This document shows positions 47,964-59,029 of a DNA stretch of 64,000 bases, piece by piece. Origin of the DNA: an uncultured Alphaproteobacteria bacterium. GTDB taxonomy: Bacteria > Pseudomonadota > Alphaproteobacteria > Rhizobiales > Devosiaceae. Each line of letters begins with the position of its first letter. The stretch's first letter is position 1. Location of the stretch: contig CAWALD010000001.1 in NCBI GenBank assembly GCA_963782875.1, positions 203,605 through 267,604 on the forward strand, given 5' to 3'. Under the pieces are notes generated by a model that did not search any database, was not told the DNA's origin, and saw nothing but the letters and a program-made list of their open reading frames with translations. The position numbers and the translations under genes are program-made.

Positions 47964-48676
47964 TGGGCCGCAAGGCACCGGCTGCGCTGCCTGCGCTGGA
48001 GCAAAGTCTCGGCTACACCTTCGACAAGCCGACGCTGCTCCAGCAGGCGCTCACCCATTCCAGCGCGATATCGCCGGGCAAGCGCACCGAGCAGTCCTAT
48101 CAAAGGCTCGAATTCCTCGGCGATCGCGTGCTCGGACTGGTGGTTGCGGATCTGCTGCAGTCGCGCTTTCCCAAGGCGAATGAAGGCGAACTGTCGCGCT
48201 CGCTCAATGCGCTTGTGCGCAAGGAAACCTGCGCCAGCGTAGCCCGCGCGCTCGACCTCGGCGCTTTTCTGCGGCTGGGAGATGCGGAAGCCAGGACGGG
48301 TGGCGCCGAGAAGGACGCCATTCTCGCCGATGTCTGCGAGGCGGTAATCGGGGCCATTTATTGCGATGGCGGGCTGGAGCCTGCCTATGAATTCATCGCC
48401 ACCCAGTTTGGCGATCTGGTCGATCCGGCCGTCGCCCGGCGGGCGGACGCCAAGACGGCCCTGCAGGAATGGGCGCAGTCGCGCGGACTGGAGCCGCCGG
48501 TTTACGAGGAGATCGAACGCACCGGACCCGACCATGCCCCGGAGTTCACCGTGGCCGCTGTCGTCGCCGGCTTCAAGCGGGCGGAAGCGACGGGCCGGTC
48601 AAAAAAGATCGCCGAACATCTTGCGGCGGAAGCCTTCCTCTTGCGCGAGAACGTCTGGACGGGCACACAGTCATGA
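47963..48676 (+). CDS. rnc: ribonuclease III
   Basis: YQRLEFLGDRVLGLVVADLL signature plus a C-terminal dsRBD. Confidence 0.92.
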   Translation: MGRKAPAALPALEQSLGYTFDKPTLLQQALTHSSAISPGKRTEQSYQRLEFLGDRVLGLVVADLLQSRFPKANEGELSRSLNALVRKETCASVARALDLGAFLRLGDAEARTGGAEKDAILADVCEAVIGAIYCDGGLEPAYEFIATQFGDLVDPAVARRADAKTALQEWAQSRGLEPPVYEEIERTGPDHAPEFTVAAVVAGFKRAEATGRSKKIAEHLAAEAFLLRENVWTGTQS

Positions 48677-49602
48677 CAAATGAGACGCCGTCCGGGCAGT
48701 CGGGCGAAAACACACGCTGCGGCTTTATTGCCCTGGTAGGCGCGCCCAATGCCGGCAAATCGACCCTGCTCAATGCCTTGGTGGGGACCAAAGTCTCGAT
48801 CGTCACCCACAAGGCGCAGACGACACGCGCCCAGATCCGCGGCGTCGTGACCGAGGGCAACGATCAGATCGTCTTCATCGACACTCCCGGCATTTTCGCG
48901 CCCAAGCGCCGGCTCGACCGGGCCATGGTGCAGTCGGCCTGGACCGGGGCAGGGGACGCCGATCTCGTCGCCCTGATCATCGATGCGCAAAAGGGCTTGA
49001 ACGCAGAAGTTGAATCGCTGCTCGAAGGACTTAAAGCGGTCCCGCATCGCAAGCTCCTTGTGCTCAACAAGATCGACACGGTCCGCCATGACGCCCTTCT
49101 GGGCCTCGCTCAAAAGCTTAATGAGGCGGTCGGCTTCGAGCAGACCTTCATGATCTCTGCGCTAAATGGCGACGGGGTCGGCGATTTTCTGCAGTGGTGC
49201 GCCAACAGCGTGCCGCTCGGCCCCTGGCATTTCCCTGAGGATCAGCTGACCGATCTGACGCTGGCGCTGACGGCAGCCGAGGTGACGCGCGAAAAGCTCT
49301 TCTTACGCATCCACGAGGAAATCCCCTATAATGCCACCGTCGAGACCGAGAGTTTCGAGGTGCAGAAGGACGGGGCCTACAAGATCAACCAGGTGGTCTA
49401 TGTCACCCGCGACACGCACAAGAAGATCGTGCTCGGCAAGGGCGGGCAGACGATCAAGGCCATCGGGGCCGATGCGCGCGCCGAGATGATGGATATCTTC
49501 GAGACCAAGGTGCACCTCTTCCTCTTCGTCAAGGTGCGCCAGAATTGGGGGAACGATCCCGAGCGCTATCGCGAGATGGGGCTGGAGTTTCCACGCGAGT
49601 AA
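48673..49602 (+). CDS. era: GTPase Era
   Basis: ORF 48469..49602 trimmed to MTNETPS (ATGA overlap with rnc). G1 motif GAPNAGKST, DTPG, NKID and a KH domain. Confidence 0.92.
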   Translation: MTNETPSGQSGENTRCGFIALVGAPNAGKSTLLNALVGTKVSIVTHKAQTTRAQIRGVVTEGNDQIVFIDTPGIFAPKRRLDRAMVQSAWTGAGDADLVALIIDAQKGLNAEVESLLEGLKAVPHRKLLVLNKIDTVRHDALLGLAQKLNEAVGFEQTFMISALNGDGVGDFLQWCANSVPLGPWHFPEDQLTDLTLALTAAEVTREKLFLRIHEEIPYNATVETESFEVQKDGAYKINQVVYVTRDTHKKIVLGKGGQTIKAIGADARAEMMDIFETKVHLFLFVKVRQNWGNDPERYREMGLEFPRE

Positions 49603-49605
49603 GAG

Positions 49606-50322
49606 ATGGAATGGAGCGGTGAGGGGCTGATCATCGGCGTGCGCCGCCATGGCGAGTCCTCCGTCATCGTCGAGGCGATGGCGGCTGGGAAGGGGCGGCA
49701 TCTCGGGCTGGTGCGCGGCGGACGCTCGTCCAAGCTTGCGGCGACCCTGCAGCCCGGCAATAGCGTGCAACTGACTTGGCGGGCCCGCATCCCCGAACAT
49801 CTGGGAAACTTCTCGGTCGAACTCATCCGGGCCCGCGCCGCCGATCTGATCGCCGACCGCACGCGGCTCTATCTCAGCCAGCTCGTTTGCGACCATCTGC
49901 GCCTGCTTCCCGAGCGGGACCCGCACGACCGTCTGCTGGCCCGGGCGCTGCTGTTGATCGAGGCCGAACTCGATCCTGTGGCGCTGGGGGCGGAAGTCGC
50001 TGCGTTCGAGCTGCTTCTGCTCGACGAACTCGGCTTCGGGCTCGATCTTTATTCTTGTGCGGTCACAGGCGAGACCTCCGGGCTGACCCATGTCTCGCCG
50101 CGCACCGGCCGGGCGGTAACCGCAAAGGCAGCGGAGCCTTATCAGGACAAGCTACTGGCGCTGCCCGGCTTTTTGCTTGAAGGCGCGGAGCCGAACGCGC
50201 CCGATGTAAGGGCAGCGTTCCGGCTCTCCGGGCACTTTCTCGACCGCCATGTGTGGTCTGCGCGCAACGTACCGCCTCCAGCCATGCGGGACCGGCTCGT
50301 AGAGCTGCTGACGGCGCTATAA
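49606..50322 (+). CDS. recO: DNA repair protein RecO
   Basis: Position after era, 238 aa, MEWSGEGLIIGVRRHGESSVIVEAM OB-fold start. Confidence 0.85.
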   Translation: MEWSGEGLIIGVRRHGESSVIVEAMAAGKGRHLGLVRGGRSSKLAATLQPGNSVQLTWRARIPEHLGNFSVELIRARAADLIADRTRLYLSQLVCDHLRLLPERDPHDRLLARALLLIEAELDPVALGAEVAAFELLLLDELGFGLDLYSCAVTGETSGLTHVSPRTGRAVTAKAAEPYQDKLLALPGFLLEGAEPNAPDVRAAFRLSGHFLDRHVWSARNVPPPAMRDRLVELLTAL

Positions 50323-50353
50323 TCGCAACTGATTCGAACCCAAGGCCGACGCC

Positions 50354-52630
50354 ATGAACGAGATTTTGCCCCCGGATGAGGGCGAGCACCGCATTGTCGA
50401 TCTGAGAAAGGCGCTGGAAGAGCGCTATCTCTCCTATGCGCTCTCCACCATCACCCAGCGCGCGCTGCCCGATGCCCGCGACGGCCTGAAGCCCGTCCAC
50501 CGCCGCATCCTGCACGCCATGCGCCTTTTGCGGCTCGATCCCGGGCAGGGCTACAAGAAGTCGGCCCGCATCATCGGTGACGTCATTGGTAAGTTCCATC
50601 CGCATGGCGACCAGTCCGTCTATGACGCGCTCGTGCGCCTGGCGCAGGATTTCGCACTGCGCTATCCGCTGGTCGACGGCCAGGGCAATTTCGGCAATAT
50701 CGACGGCGATAGCGCGGCGGCCATGCGCTACACCGAAAGCCGCATGACCGATGTCGCGGCGCGGCTGATGGAGGGCATCGCCGAGAACGCGGTCGACTTC
50801 CGCGACACCTATGACGGCGAGGACGAAGAACCGATCGTCCTGCCCGCCAATTTCCCAAATCTTCTCGCCAATGGCTCCTCGGGCATTGCGGTTGGCATGG
50901 CGACATCCATTCCTCCGCACAACGTCGTCGAGTTGTGCAACGCGGCGCTCAAGCTGATCCACAACCCGCAGGCCAGCGTGGAAGATCTGATTCACAAGGA
51001 TCCCACGGCGCCCTTCGGTGCCGATGATCTGGTGCGCGGTCCGGACTTTCCGACCGGCGGCATCCTGGTCGAAAACCGGCAGGCCGTCGTCAACGCCTAT
51101 GAGACCGGGCGCGGTTCCTTCCGCGTCCGCGCCCGCTGGGAGGTCGAGGAGACGGGCCGCGGCGTCTACCAGATCGTCGTCACTGAAATCCCCTATGGCG
51201 TGCAGAAATCGCGCATGGTCGAAAAGATCGCCGAACTGCTGCTGGCCCGCAAACTGCCGCTGCTCAAGGACGTTCGAGACGAAAGCGCCGAGGATATCCG
51301 GCTGGTGCTGGAGCCGCGCGCCCGCACGGTCGATCCCGTGCTCTTGATGGAATCGCTGTTCAAATACAGCGATCTCGAAGCGCGCGTGCCGCTCAACCTC
51401 AACGTGCTCGACAAGGGTACGGTGCCGAAGGTGATGAGCTTGGCCGAAGCGCTCAAGGCCTGGCTCGAGCACCGCAAGGAAGTGCTCGTCCGCCGCTCGC
51501 AGCACCGCGTCGACCAGATCAACCATCGCCTGGAAGTGCTGGGCGGCTATCTCATCGCCTATCTCAACATCGATGAGGTCATCCGCATCATTCGCGAGGA
51601 AGACGAACCCAAGCAGGTCATGATGGCCCGCTGGGATCTCACCGACGTGCAGGCCGAAGCCATCCTCAACATGCGGCTGCGCGCCCTGCGCAAGCTCGAG
51701 GAAATCGAGATCCGCAAGGAGTTCGCCGATCTGACGGCCGAAAAGGAGCGGTTGGAAGCGCTTCTGGGCTCCGATCGCAAGCAATGGGGCGCCATCGCCA
51801 AGCAGGTCGAGGATTTGAAAAAGGCTTATGGGCCGGAAAATCCCCTCGGGGCACGCCGCACGACCTTCGGGGAGGCTCCCGATACCGGTGACATCGATAT
51901 CGACGCCGCGCTGATCGAGAAGGAGCCGATCACGGTCATTCTCTCGGAAAAGGGCTGGATCCGCGCCATGAAGGGGCACAATGCGGATGTCGATGCGCAA
52001 GCCTTCAAATCCGGCGACAGCCTGCATCTGGCGGTCCGGTGCGAGACGACGGACAAGCTTTTGCTGCTGACCACCGGCGGCAAGATCTTCACCCTCGGCG
52101 CCGACAAGCTGCCCGGCGGGCGTGGGCATGGCGAGCCGGTGCGCCTGATGGTCGATATCGAGGAAAGTCACGCCATCGTCGACATGTTCGTTTACAAGCC
52201 CGGAAGCAAGCGCCTGATCGCCTCGACCAAGGGCGACGGATTCCTCGTTGCCGAAGACGACATGGTCGCCAACACCCGCAAGGGGCGGCAGGTGCTCAAT
52301 GTCACCGGGGCGGTCGAAGCCAGGCTTTGCGTACCGGCAGAGGGCGATCATGCCGCCATTATCGGCCAGAACCGCAAGCTCCTGATCTTCCCGCTCGAGC
52401 AATTGACCACGCTCAGCCGCGGCAAGGGCGTGCGCCTGCAGAAATACAAGGATGGCGGCCTGAGCGACGCAAAGGTGTTCAAGGGCGAGGATGGCTTCTC
52501 CTGGACCGACAGTTCTGGCCGCGTCTTCAACAAGCACATGAACGAGATGCGCGACTGGCGCGGCGACCGCGCCCAGGCCGGGCGTCAGGCGCCAAACGGC
52601 TTCCCGCGCAACAACAGGTTCCAGGGCTAA
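50354..52630 (+). CDS. parC: DNA topoisomerase IV subunit A
   Basis: [27 protein letters not shown], the active-site AAMRYTE region, and a C-terminal beta-pinwheel. 758 aa, uninterrupted. Confidence 0.9.
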   Translation: MNEILPPDEGEHRIVDLRKALEERYLSYALSTITQRALPDARDGLKPVHRRILHAMRLLRLDPGQGYKKSARIIGDVIGKFHPHGDQSVYDALVRLAQDFALRYPLVDGQGNFGNIDGDSAAAMRYTESRMTDVAARLMEGIAENAVDFRDTYDGEDEEPIVLPANFPNLLANGSSGIAVGMATSIPPHNVVELCNAALKLIHNPQASVEDLIHKDPTAPFGADDLVRGPDFPTGGILVENRQAVVNAYETGRGSFRVRARWEVEETGRGVYQIVVTEIPYGVQKSRMVEKIAELLLARKLPLLKDVRDESAEDIRLVLEPRARTVDPVLLMESLFKYSDLEARVPLNLNVLDKGTVPKVMSLAEALKAWLEHRKEVLVRRSQHRVDQINHRLEVLGGYLIAYLNIDEVIRIIREEDEPKQVMMARWDLTDVQAEAILNMRLRALRKLEEIEIRKEFADLTAEKERLEALLGSDRKQWGAIAKQVEDLKKAYGPENPLGARRTTFGEAPDTGDIDIDAALIEKEPITVILSEKGWIRAMKGHNADVDAQAFKSGDSLHLAVRCETTDKLLLLTTGGKIFTLGADKLPGGRGHGEPVRLMVDIEESHAIVDMFVYKPGSKRLIASTKGDGFLVAEDDMVANTRKGRQVLNVTGAVEARLCVPAEGDHAAIIGQNRKLLIFPLEQLTTLSRGKGVRLQKYKDGGLSDAKVFKGEDGFSWTDSSGRVFNKHMNEMRDWRGDRAQAGRQAPNGFPRNNRFQG

Positions 52631-52644
52631 ACGGTTTAGCAGAC

Positions 52645-53796
52645 TCAGTTCTTGAGCGTGAGGATGGTCTTGGACGGAACCTGCGATGGGTCGACCGAGA
52701 AGTCCACCACCACCGGAAGGTGGTCGCTGCCTGCGGGGCGGCCCGTCTGCACATCATGGACGGCGACGCCGTTTTTGGTCATCACCTGATCGAGTGGCAG
52801 GAAGGCCGGCGTCTTGCGCCATTGGTCGAAATAAAGGAGCTTCGGGTAGGTCCACAGATTGTGCGTTCGCCGGTTGAGCCCGGCCTCCCGCACGAAGTTG
52901 CGCAAGGTGTAGCTCCACGGGGTCGAGTTGAAGTCCCCAACCAGGATCAGCGGTGCATTGACCTTCTCGACCGCTCCTGCGAGCTCGGCAAACTGGTTCT
53001 GCTGACGTGCCGTCATGCGTGCGATGCGGTCCCCGATATCGGAACCGTTCTGCCACTGGCTGATCTGGACCGGCCAGTCCAGCTGTGTCGTCATCACATC
53101 GAAGGCCGGCGCCGCTTCGGGCGTGAAGTGCGCGATCAGCTGCGCCGTTCGGCCATTGTCGAGGCTGTTGCAGTCGCCCCCTGAATCCGTTGTGAACGGC
53201 AGCTTGGCGTAGATCGCGATGTTGGTGCGCTTCGGCCCGGTGCAGAGTTCGGAATAGGGATAGGTGGCGCTGAGCACCTTGTCGAGCCCTGCACGCTGCT
53301 CCGGAAAGTATTCCTGAAAAGCCAGGATGTCGGGATCCTCGTCCTCAATCATCGCGTAGACGTCGCCGTAGGAATAGTTCATCCCGAACATGTTGTAGGT
53401 GACGATCCGATAGACAGGCCGTCCGTCTTGGGGCAGGGCGTCCTGCGGCAGGAATGCGGACAGGGCCTCGGGAATGACGATGATCGCGGAGGCCAGAAAG
53501 CCGGTGGCCGTTAGTGCCATCAGCGCGGCCCGCAGCCGATAGGCGACATAGAGCGGCGCCGTCATCAGCAGAAGCGCCAGCGTGCCGAAAAACCACAGCA
53601 ACTGGAGGTGGTTGAGGCTGTCGAGCAAGGGATTGGCGAACCCAAGGCCGGCGCCGATCGCCAGCAGCGAGAACACCACTGCAAAAAGCAGATGGCAGAT
53701 CTGTACCAGCCTCAGCAGGAAAACCGTCATACGCCCGAACTCAAATGCCCAACCGTCGGGCACAAAAGCAAGAACGGCCGGCAATCGCAATGCCAT
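52645..53796 (-). CDS. membrane-anchored endonuclease/exonuclease/phosphatase (EEP) family protein
   Basis: N-terminal TM helices, then the EEP core (VTYNMFGMN, LAFQE, LILVGDFNSTPWS, GSDHLPV). Confidence 0.8.
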   Translation of the reverse strand: MALRLPAVLAFVPDGWAFEFGRMTVFLLRLVQICHLLFAVVFSLLAIGAGLGFANPLLDSLNHLQLLWFFGTLALLLMTAPLYVAYRLRAALMALTATGFLASAIIVIPEALSAFLPQDALPQDGRPVYRIVTYNMFGMNYSYGDVYAMIEDEDPDILAFQEYFPEQRAGLDKVLSATYPYSELCTGPKRTNIAIYAKLPFTTDSGGDCNSLDNGRTAQLIAHFTPEAAPAFDVMTTQLDWPVQISQWQNGSDIGDRIARMTARQQNQFAELAGAVEKVNAPLILVGDFNSTPWSYTLRNFVREAGLNRRTHNLWTYPKLLYFDQWRKTPAFLPLDQVMTKNGVAVHDVQTGRPAGSDHLPVVVDFSVDPSQVPSKTILTLKN

Positions 53797-53842
53797 ACGC
53801 CTTCGAAGCGTTAAGAGGAGCCTTTCGGCGGGCGTGGCGCAA

Positions 53843-54577
53843 TTAGAGGGTTTCGGTGTTCAGGCTGCGCCAGCCCAGGGCTCCGGCCTGCACCTGCATG
53901 GGCTGGAACTGGGCCTTGTAGGCCATTTTGGGGGAATTCTTCACCCAATAGCCCAGATAGACATAAGGAAGGGATGCGGCCTGGACGCGCGCGATATGGT
54001 CGAGAATGATGAAATTGCCCAACCCTCGCGCCGGCTGGTCAGGGTCGAAGAAGCTGTAGACCATGGACAGGCCGTCGCTCATCTCATCGCTCAGTGCCAC
54101 GCCGATGAGCGCGCCCGTGTTTTCCCGCCGGTATTCGATGATCGTCGTTTGTACCGGCGTGTCCTCGATCATGTACTCATAATCGGAAAAGCTCATCTGC
54201 GTCATGCCGCCGCCGGCGTGCCGCGCTTCCAGATAGCGGCTGAACAATTCGTACTGTTCGGGTGTGGCGCGGGCCAGGGTGCGCTGCCCCCTGACGTCAT
54301 TGTTGCGTGCCAGAACCCGCCTGTGCCGCCGTCCCGGCTCGAAGGCATGCGCAACGATCCGTACAGACCGACAGGCGGAACACCCCTCGCAGGCAGGCCG
54401 GTAGATGAGATTTTGGCTGCGTCGGAACCCGTGGTCGGAAAGGACGTGATGCATCATGCCGGCCCGCCTTCCGCTCAGATGGGTGAAGAGCTTTCGCTCC
54501 TGCTGCCCGTCGAGATAGGGGCAGGGCGTTGGGGCGGTGAGAAAGAACTGTGTGGTTTCCGGTGATTGATCGGTCAT
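53843..54577 (-). CDS. bpt: arginyl/leucyl-tRNA--protein transferase (Ate/Bpt family)
   Basis: ORF 53843..54598 trimmed to MTDQSPE. Contains CPYLDGQQERK...GFRRSQNLIYRPACEGCSAC. Confidence 0.85.
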   Translation of the reverse strand: MTDQSPETTQFFLTAPTPCPYLDGQQERKLFTHLSGRRAGMMHHVLSDHGFRRSQNLIYRPACEGCSACRSVRIVAHAFEPGRRHRRVLARNNDVRGQRTLARATPEQYELFSRYLEARHAGGGMTQMSFSDYEYMIEDTPVQTTIIEYRRENTGALIGVALSDEMSDGLSMVYSFFDPDQPARGLGNFIILDHIARVQAASLPYVYLGYWVKNSPKMAYKAQFQPMQVQAGALGWRSLNTETL

Positions 54578-54786
54578 GTTCAGGCCCGGCAATAACACCG
54601 GTATTCTATCCCGTTTTCGTAAAAAATGGATGCGAAATCAGCAGGAGCTGCACACCTTGCATCGGCACGGTGGACAAGTCGCCGCTGCGAACGCGCCCGG
54701 GGCCCGCCGGCACCGTCAGGCGAACCTTCTCGAACCCAACTGCGGCATTGGCGTGACGGAATGAAAACTGTCGGGTCGCCTTGTTT

Positions 54787-56607
54787 TCAAACGCCGTAAT
54801 ACCAGGGCGCCACCAGCCAGAACGTCAGCCAGACCAGAACGATCAGAGGGGCGCCGGCGATGATGAAGTCCCGGAACCGGTAGTGGCCCGCACCCATGAC
54901 CAGGAGGTTGGTCTGATAGCCGATCGGCGAGGCAAACGAGGCATTGGCGCCAAGAATGACTGTGGCGATCAGCGGCAGCGGATCGATCCCCAGCCGCTCG
55001 GCCGCGGCGATGGCGACAGGCGTGAACAGCACGGCGGTCGCATTGTTCGACAGGAAATTGGTGATCAGCGCCACGATGATGAAAAGCCCGCCCATGAACA
55101 GGGCAGGGGATTCCGATCCGAGCGCGCCGAGCGCCCCGTCGGCCACCAATTGCGCGCCCCCGGTCGCCTGCAAAGCTGTGGCCATGGCGATGGAGGAGCC
55201 CACCAGAAGGATGATCTTGCGGTCGATGGCCCGGCCCGCCTGCCGAATGTTGAGGCACCCCGTGGCGATCAGCGCGAACGCGCCGGCAATGGCCGCGACC
55301 ACATTGGGAACAAGCCCGCTCGCGATCGCTGCCACCGTCAGTGCGAAGATGATCAGCGCCCGCCGCGCCAGCCCCGTCGGCTTCACTTCGGAGGCACTCC
55401 ATTCGATGACGATCAGATCCTGCAGCCCGCGCATGCGCTCGAAGGCCTTCGGCCGCCCCGCAATCAGCAGTACGTCGCCCGCCTCGAGCCTGATCTCGCT
55501 CAGGGGCTGCCGGGGCATGCGGCTGCGCCGCTCGACGCCCAGAATGAGGACGTCGTGCTGGGCCAGAAATCCGGCCTGGTCGACGCCATTGTTGACGAGC
55601 CGCGAGCCGGGAGGCACCAGCGATTCGCACAACAAGATGCTGGCGTCGTCCTCGTCGGACGCCGCGATCTGGTGCGCTTCATCAAGGGTCCCCCAGCTGC
55701 GCAGCGCCTCGGTCAGCGCATCCCGGGTCGCCGCGATGATCAGAGTGTCGCCCGCTTGCAAGGTTATGTCGTCGAAGGGCGGCAGGAAATCGTGCCGCCC
55801 CCGCCGCACAGCCCGCACCGTCATCGTGGTCAGCTTGGGGAACATGCCGGCAACCGTGTGGTCGCCGATCAGCGGGTGGCCGTGAGTGAGGCGGATTTCA
55901 GTGATGAACTGGGTGTTGCGCGCACGGGCGGCGGCGCTCTCGTCGACATTGTCCTTCATGATCCGCGGCACGACGAACAGCACATACCCTCCCCCGACCA
56001 GAGCCATGGCCAGGCCGGGAACGGCGAATGAAAAGAAGGTGACGCTGTCTATGCCCGATTGCCGGGCAACACCGGCCGCCAGCAGGTTGGTGGATGAGCC
56101 GAGGAGCGTCGTCATGCCGCCCAGAATGGAGATGAAGCTTAGGGGCATCATGTAGCGCGAGGCCGCCAGTCGGCGCCGGGAGATAACTGCCGCCAGCACC
56201 GGCATGAAGACGATGACGATCGGGGTGTTGTTGACGACCGAACTCGCCGTAGCGGCGAGCACCAGCGCCACCAGTACCACGCGGACCGGATATTTCGGCC
56301 AAAGATTGCCCAGCCATTCGGTCAGGCCGGCCAGCGCCTCAGTCTGGATCAACGCCTGTCCGACGACGAGCAGCGCCAGAATGGTGAGCAGAGCGGAATT
56401 TGAGAACCCAGCAAGCAGGGCGTCCGCCGACAGACCGCTGCCCGGCAGGGCCGCCAGCACCAGCAATGCCGTCAGCGCGCCGAGCGAGATGGTCTCGATG
56501 GAAGCCCATTCGGTAGCGTAAAAGACCATCGAAAGGGCGATCACCCCGAAGGTGATCCACATGTAGGCCGCGTCCGGCAGCATGAGCAGGTCGAACATGG
56601 CGCGCAT
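54787..56607 (-). CDS. SLC13/DASS-type permease with two central TrkA-C domains
   Basis: 606-aa polytopic protein. The cytoplasmic TrkA-C-like repeats read GDHTVAGM...LQAGDTLII and LSEIRLEAGDVLLIAG. Confidence 0.8.
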   Translation of the reverse strand: MRAMFDLLMLPDAAYMWITFGVIALSMVFYATEWASIETISLGALTALLVLAALPGSGLSADALLAGFSNSALLTILALLVVGQALIQTEALAGLTEWLGNLWPKYPVRVVLVALVLAATASSVVNNTPIVIVFMPVLAAVISRRRLAASRYMMPLSFISILGGMTTLLGSSTNLLAAGVARQSGIDSVTFFSFAVPGLAMALVGGGYVLFVVPRIMKDNVDESAAARARNTQFITEIRLTHGHPLIGDHTVAGMFPKLTTMTVRAVRRGRHDFLPPFDDITLQAGDTLIIAATRDALTEALRSWGTLDEAHQIAASDEDDASILLCESLVPPGSRLVNNGVDQAGFLAQHDVLILGVERRSRMPRQPLSEIRLEAGDVLLIAGRPKAFERMRGLQDLIVIEWSASEVKPTGLARRALIIFALTVAAIASGLVPNVVAAIAGAFALIATGCLNIRQAGRAIDRKIILLVGSSIAMATALQATGGAQLVADGALGALGSESPALFMGGLFIIVALITNFLSNNATAVLFTPVAIAAAERLGIDPLPLIATVILGANASFASPIGYQTNLLVMGAGHYRFRDFIIAGAPLIVLVWLTFWLVAPWYYGV

Positions 56608-56683
56608 CTTGCGAAGTTAAGATGAAGGTTCCAGCGAATTATCGCAGCCGGCGCGATAATTTGGTAGCCCTGCCGGGTTGACA

Positions 56684-56726
56684 GAAAAGCCGCGCCATCC
56701 CCTACGAGGACGACCGCGGCTTTTTG
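56684..56726 (-). terminator. hairpin terminator downstream of the hemB-RDD unit (T-runs on both strands)
   Basis: Stem AGCCGCG (56688-56694) pairs with CGCGGCT (56715-56721). It is flanked by AAAA on one side and TTTTT on the other. Confidence 0.5.
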
Positions 56727-56741
56727 AATGTCTTCAAGGGC

Positions 56742-57233
56742 TTAAGCTGCCTGCACGGACGACCAGTGCCGGGTCATGGGCGACCGGCGCACGAACAGCA
56801 CGCCAACGATGAGATCATGCAGCAGCTGCCGCCTGGGCGTGAAAAGGGCCAGTAGCAGCGAGAAGGGCGGCAGGATCCAGCAGGTGATCCAAAAGACCAG
56901 AGGATGCGCCAGCGCCTGCCAGCCGTCCAGGGGTTTGCCCCTGACCGGCGTCATGACGATATCCATCATCTGCATGCCGATCGTTGCGCGCCGGGAAGTC
57001 CCGAGCGTTACGATGTAATAGAGCGCGATAGCCGCGGGCACCAAAAGCGGGATGGAAAGCCAGCCCAGGCCCAGCGTCAGGAAGCCGGTGATCGTGCCGA
57101 TCATGATGGCGACAAGCCCGAGAAACCCCAGGATGATAAGGTCGATGATGTGCGCGATCACCCGCCGCGTCAGCAGCCCCTCGAAAAGCTCCGGCGCACT
57201 GGCCGGATCCGGCAAGACAAAATCCTTGTCCAT
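56742..57233 (-). CDS. RDD family membrane protein
   Basis: ORF 56742..57347 trimmed to MDKDFVLPDP. Contains RRVIAHIIDLIILGF and an RR...LHD pattern. Confidence 0.7.
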   Translation of the reverse strand: MDKDFVLPDPASAPELFEGLLTRRVIAHIIDLIILGFLGLVAIMIGTITGFLTLGLGWLSIPLLVPAAIALYYIVTLGTSRRATIGMQMMDIVMTPVRGKPLDGWQALAHPLVFWITCWILPPFSLLLALFTPRRQLLHDLIVGVLFVRRSPMTRHWSSVQAA

Positions 57234-57324
57234 CGATGGTGTCCTTACCCCCGTTGCGTGCCCGATTGCCCAATAGATTGGGATGGAGGGCCCCATCTGC
57301 AAGATCATGGGGTTGCCGGCGTGC

Positions 57325-58335
57325 CTATGACCCGAGCCTGCGCGCAACCTCCAGGGCGTGATAGGTCAGGACACCGTCGCACCCGGCGCGCTTGAAGGCC
57401 CACAACGCTTCCAGAATGGCAGCATCGCGATCTATGGCGCCAGCAGCCGCAGCGAACTCGATCATCGCGTATTCGCCGCTCACCTGATAGGCGAACAGGG
57501 GCAGGTCGAAATTGTCTTTTGTTGCCCGCACGATATCGAGATAGGGCAGGCCTGGCTTGACCATCAGCATGTCGGCGCCTTCCGCAACGTCCTGTTCGAC
57601 TTCGCGCATGGCCTCGTCGGCATTGGCGAAATCGAGCTGATAGGTGCGCTTGTCCCCCTTGAGCCGGCTGCCCGAACCCACCGCCTCGCGGAAAGGGCCA
57701 TAATAGCAGGACGCATATTTGGCGGCGTAGGACATCAGCATGGTGTTCTGCAGACCTTCGGAGTCCAGCACCGCCCGGATCGCGGCGATACGGCCATCCA
57801 TCATGTCCGATGGCGCGATCACATCGGCGCCCGCCCGCGCCTGAACGATCGCCGACTTGCACATCACCTCCACGGTTTCGTCATTGAGAATGACACCGTC
57901 AGCGACCAACCCGTCCTGACCATTGGCCGAATATTCGTCGAGCGCCACATCCGCGATGAGGCCGATCTCGGGCACCGCCTGCTTGATCTCGCTCAGCGCC
58001 CGGCACATCAGATTATCCGGATTGTAGGCTTCCTCCGCGCTCTCGCTGCGCAAATGATCAGGGGTGTTGGGAAAAAGCGCCAAAGCCGGAATGCCGGCCG
58101 TCGCCGCTTCCCTGGCCGCCTTGACGCACAAATCGATGGAAAGCCGTTCGACACCCGGCATGGTCTTGATCGGTGTTTTTTCGTTTTGTCCCTCGATGAC
58201 AAAGAGTGGCCAGATCAGATCCGACGGCGTCAGATTAGTTTCGCGCACCATGGCACGGCTCCACGCAGCCTGACGCGTGCGGCGCAGGCGCTTGCCGTTC
58301 AGAAAGTTCATGTCATGGCGCGGCCAGCTGCTCAT
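57325..58335 (-). CDS. hemB: porphobilinogen synthase (delta-aminolevulinate dehydratase)
   Basis: Contains VKPGLPYLDIV and YQVSGEYAMI. 336 aa. Confidence 0.92.
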   Translation of the reverse strand: MSSWPRHDMNFLNGKRLRRTRQAAWSRAMVRETNLTPSDLIWPLFVIEGQNEKTPIKTMPGVERLSIDLCVKAAREAATAGIPALALFPNTPDHLRSESAEEAYNPDNLMCRALSEIKQAVPEIGLIADVALDEYSANGQDGLVADGVILNDETVEVMCKSAIVQARAGADVIAPSDMMDGRIAAIRAVLDSEGLQNTMLMSYAAKYASCYYGPFREAVGSGSRLKGDKRTYQLDFANADEAMREVEQDVAEGADMLMVKPGLPYLDIVRATKDNFDLPLFAYQVSGEYAMIEFAAAAGAIDRDAAILEALWAFKRAGCDGVLTYHALEVARRLGS

Positions 58336-58467
58336 TGTCGTCTCCAGGTCAGTGCGTGGTGACGCTTAGCAGGCCTTGGCAAGCAGGCAAAGTAGCCTCG
58401 ACACTTGCTGCGCCGCTGTCGAACGCGCTAATTGCAGAGCACGGTCACGATTTGCGAGGAGCTACAG

Positions 58468-58860
58468 ATGAACACCGACTTCCGCGCCCGGCTGATGGGC
58501 CGGCTGTCCCGTATCCTCGGGCTTATCGTGCTCTTGCTTGCCTTCTACAATGCGGCCCGGCTGTTGGGCGTTTCCGGCGCCGCGGACCCGATCGCATCGC
58601 TGGGCGCGCTCGGCTTCGTCTATCTTGCCGTCTTCACCGTGGCCCAGTTCTTCGCCGCCGTTGGTCTGTGGATCCAGTCCAGCTGGGGGGCCGTCGTCCT
58701 TATAGGCGCCATGGCGACCGAGCTCGGTCTCGCCCTGACGGGCAACCCCAATGTGCACCTGCCGATCTTTGCGATACTTGTCCGGCTGCTGCTGCTGCTG
58801 GGCGCGGCGGCGATCCTGTCATACGTGCAATGGCGCCTCATGGAGACAATTCACGATTGA
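58468..58860 (+). CDS. conserved inner-membrane protein (4 TM)
   Basis: ORF 58432..58860 trimmed to MNTDFRARLMGRL. Hydrophobic helices throughout. Confidence 0.6.
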   Translation: MNTDFRARLMGRLSRILGLIVLLLAFYNAARLLGVSGAADPIASLGALGFVYLAVFTVAQFFAAVGLWIQSSWGAVVLIGAMATELGLALTGNPNVHLPIFAILVRLLLLLGAAAILSYVQWRLMETIHD

Positions 58861-59029
58861 TTGAGGTTACGCTTTTCTAACCGGGGGTAACTATTGGGAA
58901 AGCAAAAATCCTGAACTTTTTCAGTAAGATAGTTTTAAGCCTGTCCCTTAAGCTGATCTTATTTGCCTGCGGCTAGATTGCCCCCTGAGACACGGAAGAA
59001 ATTCGTGCGATTTACAGTGAGGCAAAGAC